A stretch of DNA of 32,000 nucleotides. Origin: Acaryochloris thomasi RCC1774. GTDB taxonomy: Bacteria; Cyanobacteriota; Cyanobacteriia; Thermosynechococcales; Thermosynechococcaceae. Location: positions 540,001 to 572,000 of the forward strand of contig NZ_PQWO01000001.1 of NCBI RefSeq assembly GCF_003231495.1, read 5' to 3'. Under the pieces are notes generated by a model. The model was not told the DNA's origin. It was given only the letters and a program-made list of their open reading frames with translations, and searched no databases. The position numbers were made by a program, and so were the translations under genes. Of the stretch, positions 25,130 through 32,000 are shown in pieces; the first letter of the stretch is position 1, and each line of letters opens with the position of its first letter.

Positions 25130-25134
25130 GTGCT

Positions 25135-26040
25135 ATGAAAATCGCAATTTTGTCACGGAACGCCTCTCTCTATTCCACTCGACGTCTCAAGGAAGCAGGA
25201 GAAGAGCGAGGACACGAAATTCGCGTCATCGACTACCTGCGCTGCTACATGAACATCGCCGCTCATAAACCAAAAGTGATTTATCAGGGCGAAGATCTAG
25301 AAGGGTTTGATGCGATCATTCCCCGCATCGGTGCATCACAGACCTTCTATGGCTGTGCCGTTGTCCGACAGTTTGAAGTCATGGATGTCTTCAGCGCCAA
25401 TGAATCTCAAGCGATCTCGCGCTCCCGCGACAAACTGCGGTGTCTACAAATTCTGGCTCGTCAGGGGATCGGTCTGCCCGTAACGGGTTTTGCTCATTCC
25501 ACAAAAGATATTGATGGCTTACTAGAGACCGTTGGCGGTGCCCCTGTTGTGATCAAGCTTCTAGAAGGAACACAGGGCATTGGTGTTGTTCTAGCGGAAA
25601 CAACGCAGGCCGCAACCTCAGTGATCGAAGCGTTTCGAGGCTTGGACGCCAACATTCTCGTTCAGGAGTTCATCAAAGAAGCCAAGGGCATGGATATTCG
25701 CTGTTTCGTGGTGGGCGATCGCGTGATTGCCTCCATGAAGCGTCAGGGAGCGCCCGGTGAGTTTCGCTCCAATATTCATCGAGGCGGGAGCGCGGTCAAG
25801 ATTAAGCTCACGCCAGAAGAGCGCAGTACGGCAACCCGTGCCGCCAAAGCAATGGGTCTTCGCGTCGCTGGCGTCGATATCCTGAGATCGAATCATGGCC
25901 CTGTGGTGATGGAAGTGAACTCTTCTCCGGGGCTAGAAGGCATCGAAACCTCCACAGAGGTAGACGTGGCAGGAAAAATCATTGACTTCTTGGGAAAGAA
26001 TGCTGAGCCGGGTAAAACTCGCGATCGCATCAAGTATTAA
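25135..26040 (+). CDS. rimK: RimK-type ATP-grasp alpha-L-glutamate ligase
   Basis: [27 protein letters not shown].. closely parallels the E. coli RimK N-terminus. ATP-grasp motifs ([37 protein letters not shown]). The ATG is 5 nt after the upstream stop. Confidence 0.9.
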   Translation: MKIAILSRNASLYSTRRLKEAGEERGHEIRVIDYLRCYMNIAAHKPKVIYQGEDLEGFDAIIPRIGASQTFYGCAVVRQFEVMDVFSANESQAISRSRDKLRCLQILARQGIGLPVTGFAHSTKDIDGLLETVGGAPVVIKLLEGTQGIGVVLAETTQAATSVIEAFRGLDANILVQEFIKEAKGMDIRCFVVGDRVIASMKRQGAPGEFRSNIHRGGSAVKIKLTPEERSTATRAAKAMGLRVAGVDILRSNHGPVVMEVNSSPGLEGIETSTEVDVAGKIIDFLGKNAEPGKTRDRIKY

Positions 26041-27002
26041 TGGAACCTAACGTTATTGAGGTCGGAGAGGTTGCCGTTCACCCTGGGCAACGACAGCAAA
26101 TAGATCTGCCCGTCGCGCGGCTGCCGACGCAAACGATGCTGTCCCTTCCGATTACCGTCATCAACGGCGTTCAGTCTGGCCCTTGCCTTTGGTTGAGTGC
26201 AGCAATTCATGGCGACGAACTCAACGGTGTCGATATTATTCGTCAGGTATTGGAACAGGTCAATCCGCAAATACTATGCGGTACGTTGCTGGCGGTACCC
26301 ATCGTCAATGTGTTTGGTTTTATTGAGCAGTCGCGCTATCTTCCCGATCGCCGCGATCTCAATCGATCGTTCCCTGGGTCTGTACGCGGATCACTCGCGG
26401 GGCGGTTGGCCCATCTGTTCATGAAAGAAGTGGTTAGCCACTGTACCCACGGCATTGATCTCCATACGGCCTCCAATCACCGCACAAACTGGCCGCAGAT
26501 CCGAGCAAATTTAGATGATGCAGAAACCTACCGCTGTGCTAAAGCCTTTAATGCACCTCTGATGCTGCACGCCAATATCCGCGATGGCTCACTTCGCCAA
26601 GCTGCCGCTCAGCAAGGGATTCCGGTTTTGCTATACGAAGCCGGTGAGGCCCTCAGATTTGACCCTCATGCGATTGCAATCGGGGTGACAGGAATTTTGC
26701 AGGTGATGACGACCCTAGGTATGTTGAGGCCCCCTGTTCAGCAGCCCTCATCTGAACAGTCCCAGTCTCTAGAGCTGCGGCAGTCTCGGTGGGTGAGAGC
26801 CTCACGCAGCGGTATTTTGCATAAGCATGTTGCCTTAGGACAGCAGGTGACGAAAAGACAGCACATTGGCTCTATCTCTGATACGTTGGGCGATACCAGT
26901 ATCAAAATCTACTCTCCCTGTGCCGGAGTGATCATTGGCTACACTCAAAACCCCTTAGTGAACCAAGGGGATGGTATTGTTCACATCGCTCAGCAGCTTT
27001 AG
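26040..27002 (+). CDS. Succinylglutamate desuccinylase/aspartoacylase-family zinc hydrolase (M14-like fold)
   Basis: AIHGDELNG (His/Glu Zn ligands) and GIDLHTA (third ligand). The start overlaps the rimK stop by 1 nt (TAATG). Confidence 0.8.
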   Translation: MEPNVIEVGEVAVHPGQRQQIDLPVARLPTQTMLSLPITVINGVQSGPCLWLSAAIHGDELNGVDIIRQVLEQVNPQILCGTLLAVPIVNVFGFIEQSRYLPDRRDLNRSFPGSVRGSLAGRLAHLFMKEVVSHCTHGIDLHTASNHRTNWPQIRANLDDAETYRCAKAFNAPLMLHANIRDGSLRQAAAQQGIPVLLYEAGEALRFDPHAIAIGVTGILQVMTTLGMLRPPVQQPSSEQSQSLELRQSRWVRASRSGILHKHVALGQQVTKRQHIGSISDTLGDTSIKIYSPCAGVIIGYTQNPLVNQGDGIVHIAQQL

Positions 27003-27068
27003 TCCGGCTCTAATCCAGATTGCGGCTGCAGGCTACATCAAGTGCTCAGGCAGCCTATGGTCTGCCGA

Positions 27069-28937
27069 TCAGGCCTGAACTGCTGACTGCTGGTACTGCA
27101 TCTGATGATATTGCCACAGCTTACCCTGCTGTTCGAGCAGACCTTGGTAGGTCCCCTGCTCAACAATCTGACCTTGTTCTAGTACGATTACCTGATCTGC
27201 ATTGGAAATCGTTGAGAGACGGTGGGCAATAGAAATCACTGTTCTGCCCGAAGATAGGGTCGTCAACGACTCTTGGATCAGCTGCTCCGTTACGGAATCT
27301 AGGGCACTGGTTGCTTCATCTAAAATCAAAATTTCAGGGTTGCGCAAAAGCGCACGGGCAATGGCAATACGCTGACGCTGACCGCCAGAGAGTCGCAAAC
27401 CGCGATCGCCCAACTGAGTTTCAAACTGCTCCGGCATCTCTAGGATGAACTCCAGCGCATTTGCCTGCTCCGCCGCCTGTCGCACCTCTGCGTCAGTTAC
27501 GTCCGCAAGACCATAGGCAATATTGTAGTAAACCGAAGCATTGAAAATAAAAGTATCCTGACTCACAATCGCCATCCGAGACCGCAGTGAGTTAATCTGC
27601 AGCTGACGAAGATCGACGCCATCCACTAAAATCTGACCTGCTGTGGGGTCAAAAAAGCGTGGAATCAGATCTGCCAGGGTGGTTTTACCAGCACCAGAAG
27701 ATCCCACTAAAGCCGTCGTCTGTCCCTGCTTAATCGCCATCGAAACATTTTGGAGGACAAGCTGCTCAGGATCGTAGCCAAAGCTCACGTCCACAAGCTC
27801 AATGGCCGACTGCAGACTCTGATAGGCAAGATCGCCGTCTCGCAGATAGGGCTTATTTTTGCGCTCAAGTAGCTCAGTTACGCTTTTGAGGGAGCCTTGC
27901 AAGCTACTAACATTAACGCGAGAGCCACTCATCTGGGCCACGATGGGCAATGTCCGAAACAAGGCAAACAAGAAGGCAAGTAACGTCGTAGCCTGTAGAA
28001 TGCCGTTTGATACGAGTATTGTATAGGCAAGAATAATTAAAATAATTAATAAGCTACTGGCAAATCCCTGGGTTAGCGGTTGAACGCTGAGCGTGCCCTT
28101 ACTCAATCGACGAGCCGCTCGATAAACCTGATCGGCCGCCGTCCCATAACGCTCACGTTCAAAGTTTTGGGTACCGGAAGCATGAACAGTGCGGATGCCA
28201 TTGATAAATTCTAGGGTAACTGAGGAAAATTTCTTGTTGGCAATGGGAACGGCAAAACTGGCCTCTCGAACCCGGCGTCGCAGCGCTGTCATTCCCACTG
28301 AAAGTAGGCCAAAAATGACAATAGTTGCCAGAGATAACTGCCAAGATAGTAATGCCATCGAAACCGCATAGCCAGATAGCAAAAACATCTGCGTGATCAT
28401 TTGAGAGATACTATTCAGAACTTGCTGAATCTGGTTGACTTCTCCAGTCAGCGTTGTGACGAGTGCGCCAGTACTCGTGGTCATGAAAAAACTGAGTTTG
28501 AGACCCTGTATTTGTTCAAACAGTGCTTTTCGCACTCGGTTGACGAGTCCAAAAGCTGCATATCTAGACGCTAGCTGCCCCCAATAGGTCGTGGCCATTT
28601 GAACCCATGCTGCGATGAGAGAGAGACCACCCAAGCGATAGATGCGCTCATTGACAGAGGCTTGAACACCTAGAATGCCGTTATCGATCCAGGCAATATC
28701 TGTCTGCAGAGGTGGAGCCTGTGGGGTGGTGAGACCTTGAAGTAAGGCTCCGATCAGGCCAATGCTAATTGCTGCAGTGATGGCAGAGATGAGAGAAGAA
28801 GTGATTGCTAAAAAGAGCAGTCGACGAAAATACTTCAGCTCTCGGAGAATCAAGCGGTGTTCTTGCCATATGCTGGTCGCTTTCAAAAAGTTACGAACAA
28901 AGGTCGGCAGTTTCAGAGATCTTTTGGGCATTGGCAA
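27069..28937 (-). CDS. ABC exporter, fused permease and ATPase (MsbA/type I exporter architecture)
   Basis: 6-TM N-terminal half. Walker A GSSGAGKTT, signature LSGGQRQR, Walker B ILILDEATSALD. Confidence 0.9.
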   Translation of the reverse strand: MPMPKRSLKLPTFVRNFLKATSIWQEHRLILRELKYFRRLLFLAITSSLISAITAAISIGLIGALLQGLTTPQAPPLQTDIAWIDNGILGVQASVNERIYRLGGLSLIAAWVQMATTYWGQLASRYAAFGLVNRVRKALFEQIQGLKLSFFMTTSTGALVTTLTGEVNQIQQVLNSISQMITQMFLLSGYAVSMALLSWQLSLATIVIFGLLSVGMTALRRRVREASFAVPIANKKFSSVTLEFINGIRTVHASGTQNFERERYGTAADQVYRAARRLSKGTLSVQPLTQGFASSLLIILIILAYTILVSNGILQATTLLAFLFALFRTLPIVAQMSGSRVNVSSLQGSLKSVTELLERKNKPYLRDGDLAYQSLQSAIELVDVSFGYDPEQLVLQNVSMAIKQGQTTALVGSSGAGKTTLADLIPRFFDPTAGQILVDGVDLRQLQINSLRSRMAIVSQDTFIFNASVYYNIAYGLADVTDAEVRQAAEQANALEFILEMPEQFETQLGDRGLRLSGGQRQRIAIARALLRNPEILILDEATSALDSVTEQLIQESLTTLSSGRTVISIAHRLSTISNADQVIVLEQGQIVEQGTYQGLLEQQGKLWQYHQMQYQQSAVQA

Positions 28938-29396
28938 TGTTTATGAACTTTGCATAGTTGTTCTCACCACTTATCCAATGCAAACTAGCATTGATGGTAA
29001 AGATAGGGCTAACTAGAAATTTGTATACAGACGATTTCTTACATCGATGCGTCAATTGAGATACTGACAGCCCTCTGTACGAGAGGGTTTATTCGGGGTG
29101 AATAACCTCGTATTCTTGAAGCTCATGGATGCTCTAAACCACTAACATACTAACCTTCACCAGAGAGAAGATGCTCTTTTTGGAAATATGTTCTATCCTT
29201 TTCCGTCCCAAAAGGTAAATACACTGAGGGGCCAAGCTGTGAGGTCCGAAGCTAGGGGCAACTTGTTTCACGTGCATCAAGCCACAGTTGTTGTTGCCAT
29301 TCGAAAGGGTGGGGGAGTGATGCTCAGCCATGGTCAACCCAATCCCTCTTGACTCAAGTAACATGATAGAAGCACTGTTATTGATCTTTTTGCGTT

Positions 29397-29639
29397 ATGG
29401 CTGCGATTTTAGAACTTAACCCAGAAAATGTAGAAACTGTCTTGGATGAGCTGCGCCCCTACCTGATGGCGGATGGCGGCAATGTTGAACTGGTCGAAAT
29501 TGAAGGGCCGGTTGTACGCCTGCGTCTCCAAGGAGCCTGTGGTTCTTGCCCTAGCTCAACAATGACCCTCAAGATGGGTATCGAACGCAAGATGCGTGAC
29601 ATGATTCCTGAGGTCGCTGAAGTTGAGCAGGTGATCTAA
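29397..29639 (+). CDS. NifU C-terminal-domain (Nfu-type) Fe-S cluster scaffold/carrier protein
   Basis: 80 aa with ..[32 protein letters not shown].. Confidence 0.9.
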   Translation: MAAILELNPENVETVLDELRPYLMADGGNVELVEIEGPVVRLRLQGACGSCPSSTMTLKMGIERKMRDMIPEVAEVEQVI

Positions 29640-29640
29640 A

Positions 29641-30873
29641 TTAGGCTGGACCTACGGCGGCGATGGCGGCTTCAAGCGCTATTGCAACATGGGTCCAATG
29701 GGTTCCCCCCTGACAAAAGGCAACATAAGGCTCCCGCAAGGGACCATCGGCAGATAGCTCGGATGTGCTGCCGTCAATGAATGTGCCGCCCGCCATTACC
29801 AGATGACTTTTGTACCCTGGCATTGTGGCGGGTGCTGGATCTAAGTAAGCACCAATGGGCGAATATTGCTGAATGGCACGACAAAAAGCGACCAGCTTCT
29901 CTGCCGACCCCAGCTGGATACCTTGAATGACGTCTCTGCGTGGTGCATCGGGGCTAGGGTTCACAGGATACCCTAAAGCACTAAAGACGTGAGCGGTAAG
30001 ATGGTTGCCCTTCATGGCTTCTCCCACCATTTGGGGGGCAAGGAACAGTCCCTGAAGCATCAGTCGCGTTTGATCTAGGGTTGCACCTCCTGCGAGACCA
30101 ATGCCCGGTGAGGTGAGTCGACAGGCGGCTTGTTCCACAAGGTCAGCCTTTCCAGCGATGTAGCCCCCGGCCGTTGCGATGGTTCCGCCCGGGTTTTTAA
30201 TCAACGAACCGGCAATTAAATCCGCGCCCACCATTGTGGGTTCACGATCTTCGACAAATTCGCCGTAGCAGTTATCTATGCAGCAAACGGTATTGGGATT
30301 TTGCTGTTTGACGCTTTCTACAATTCGAGCAATATCATCAATGCTAAGGCTGGGACGCCAGTCATAGCCACAGGAACGTTGGATAAAAACAAGGCGGGTC
30401 TGAGGCTGTACAGCCTTGCCGAGCATCTGCCAGTTGATAGTGCCGGCCTTGGTGAGTTCAAGCTGACGATAGTGGATGCCGAATTCTTTGAGAGAGCCTT
30501 GTCCTTGTCCTCGGACGCCGATCACCTCTTCTAGGGTGTCGTAGGGAGGGCCAGCGACGGCTAGCATTTCGTCGCCGGGGCGGAGAACGCCGTATAGGGT
30601 GGACGCGATCGCATGTGTTCCCGAGACAAACTGCACCCTCACGGCTGCCGCCTCAGCTCCCATCACCTGAGCAAAGACCCGATCTAAAACCTGACGTCCC
30701 AGATCATCGTGACCGTAACCCGAAACCCCTGCGAAATGGTGCGCTCCGACTTTATGGTCGCGGAATGCCTGCAGCACGCGTTGTAAATTTTTCTTGACTT
30801 TCGTATCAATTTTAGCAAAAGTGAAGGTTAGTGCTTTTTCTGCTGCCTCTAGCTGTGAGTGGGTGTTCATCAA
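29641..30873 (-). CDS. PLP-dependent Met_gamma_lyase / aluminium-resistance (YnbB-like) family protein
   Basis: The 410-aa length and overall sequence (..FAGVSGYGHDDLGR..LDRVFA..GAEAA.VR.Q.VSGTHAI..) are typical of that family. The assignment is from memory. Confidence 0.7.
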   Translation of the reverse strand: MMNTHSQLEAAEKALTFTFAKIDTKVKKNLQRVLQAFRDHKVGAHHFAGVSGYGHDDLGRQVLDRVFAQVMGAEAAAVRVQFVSGTHAIASTLYGVLRPGDEMLAVAGPPYDTLEEVIGVRGQGQGSLKEFGIHYRQLELTKAGTINWQMLGKAVQPQTRLVFIQRSCGYDWRPSLSIDDIARIVESVKQQNPNTVCCIDNCYGEFVEDREPTMVGADLIAGSLIKNPGGTIATAGGYIAGKADLVEQAACRLTSPGIGLAGGATLDQTRLMLQGLFLAPQMVGEAMKGNHLTAHVFSALGYPVNPSPDAPRRDVIQGIQLGSAEKLVAFCRAIQQYSPIGAYLDPAPATMPGYKSHLVMAGGTFIDGSTSELSADGPLREPYVAFCQGGTHWTHVAIALEAAIAAVGPA

Positions 30874-30991
30874 GATTTTATTAACTAACTCCTATAGACG
30901 ACTGGGCACCCTAATGTTTGGAAGAGACGGGGCTATTTTGGGCGGAGAGGGGGCATACCTCGTCAATCATCACTTACATAAAGATGTTTAA

Positions 30992-31828
30992 ATGACTATT
31001 GCAACAGAACGTCCAGTCGAGCCAAACCAACTAAAGAAAAGTTGGCCCTTTATCATAGTCCTGGCTGTGGTGCATGTTGGAGCACTTTTTGCGCTCCTCC
31101 CCTCAAACTTTAGCTGGGCTGCTGTCGGTCTCGCTTTATTTTTGCACTGGGTCACAGGCGGTCTAGGAATTACGCTGGGGTGGCATCGTATGCTAACCCA
31201 CCGCAGCTTTCAGGTTCCAAAGCCTCTCGAATATTTCTTGGCCTTCTGCGGCACTCTGGCCTGCGAAGGCGGCGTAATCTGGTGGGTTGGTTTGCACCGC
31301 AACCATCACATGCACTCGGATACTGATAATGACCAGCACAACTCCAATAGAGGCTTCTGGTGGAGCCACATGGGCTGGATGATGCATGAGACCCCTGCGG
31401 CATCAGAGGTTGAGCGTCTCACAAAAGATATGCGTGACGACCCTGTTTATCAGTTCTTAGATAATTACTTTTTCCCAATTCAGATTGCTTTTGGTGCGCT
31501 GCTATTTTTAGTGGGTGGCTGGTCCTTTGTCGTGTGGGGCATCTTTGTTCGCTTGGTGCTGGTTTATCACTGCACTTGGTTTGTCAACAGTGCGACTCAC
31601 AAGTTTGGCTATCAAACCTACGAATCTGACGATAACTCCACCAACTGCTGGTGGGTTGCGATGCTGACCTACGGTGAGGGCTGGCACAATAATCATCATG
31701 CGTTTCCGCAATCTGCTCGCCACGGCATTCAGTGGTGGGAAATCGACACCACCTGGATGTTGATTCAGCTCTTTCAAACGCTGGGACTCGCCTCGAAGGT
31801 CCGGCTTCCGGCTGAAAGCAAGGTCTAA
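30992..31828 (+). CDS. desC: Acyl-lipid/acyl-CoA delta-9 fatty acid desaturase
   Basis: His boxes GWHRMLTHRSF, HRNHHMHSD and GEGWHNNHHAF, with four hydrophobic spans. Confidence 0.9.
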   Translation: MTIATERPVEPNQLKKSWPFIIVLAVVHVGALFALLPSNFSWAAVGLALFLHWVTGGLGITLGWHRMLTHRSFQVPKPLEYFLAFCGTLACEGGVIWWVGLHRNHHMHSDTDNDQHNSNRGFWWSHMGWMMHETPAASEVERLTKDMRDDPVYQFLDNYFFPIQIAFGALLFLVGGWSFVVWGIFVRLVLVYHCTWFVNSATHKFGYQTYESDDNSTNCWWVAMLTYGEGWHNNHHAFPQSARHGIQWWEIDTTWMLIQLFQTLGLASKVRLPAESKV

Positions 31829-31867
31829 ATTTAGGCAAGCTCTGTTGTCCTGACGGACGGAATTTAG

Positions 31868-31905
31868 AAATCGGCATTGAGCTTCGGCTTACTGCCGATT
31901 TTTTC
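31868..31905 (+). terminator. Rho-independent terminator after desC
   Basis: aaatcggca (31868-31876) pairs with tgccgattt (31893-31901), followed by ttttt. Confidence 0.75.
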
Positions 31906-32000
31906 ATGGGCGATAATTTTCGCATCCCACCAGATATCCCCTGTACACTTTAGATTGAAGTTTTGAGCTAACCCTGTGGATATAAACTTACTCGCCACTG

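Noticed and set aside
27003-27068. Terminator between the convergent deacylase and ABC genes
   Set aside because: Only short GC stems (gctgc..gcagc) with long loops and no U tract. This is not convincing enough to call.
29134-29364. 76-aa minus-strand ORF in the ABC/nfu spacer
   Set aside because: No RBS, no motif and odd composition. It would leave its own promoter inside the nfu promoter region. It is treated as non-coding.

Overview
The window looks like a cyanobacterial chromosome segment. The HIP1 octamer GCGATCGC is frequent, and desC, an nfu-type gene and a TIGR04376-like coiled-coil gene are present. I can support about 25 protein genes, one tRNA-Arg(CCU), several intrinsic terminators and a few non-coding elements. 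I saw no transposase, integrase, CRISPR array or rRNA. The most unusual part is 1..6500. It holds two tandem, diverged paralogs of an animal-type heme peroxidase with C-terminal RTX (GGxGxD) repeats, which suggests type I secretion. Each paralog has 0.6-0.95 kb of ORF-free DNA upstream. These leaders share short blocks that are better conserved than the coding sequence: a 28-mer, a repeated GGGTGTTATCTGA motif, and a possible small ORF or hairpin. This region is nearly devoid of HIP1 and ends at the tRNA. Other accessory-looking, HIP1-free patches are a standalone AlbA_2/HATPase_c_4 gene followed by an iteron-like TTCTTTAGAY array, and a secreted two-domain protein. Further points: a tightly coupled MscS / retropepsin-like (RimB-type) / RimK / M14-like deacylase operon; an OmpR-type response regulator broken by a frameshift next to its kinase; a perfect 22-bp palindrome in a divergent promoter; an alpha/beta-hydrolase fused to a polytopic membrane domain; and a ClC / phytochelatin-synthase-like / SulP cluster. 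All calls rest on reading motifs by eye, and no database search was possible.
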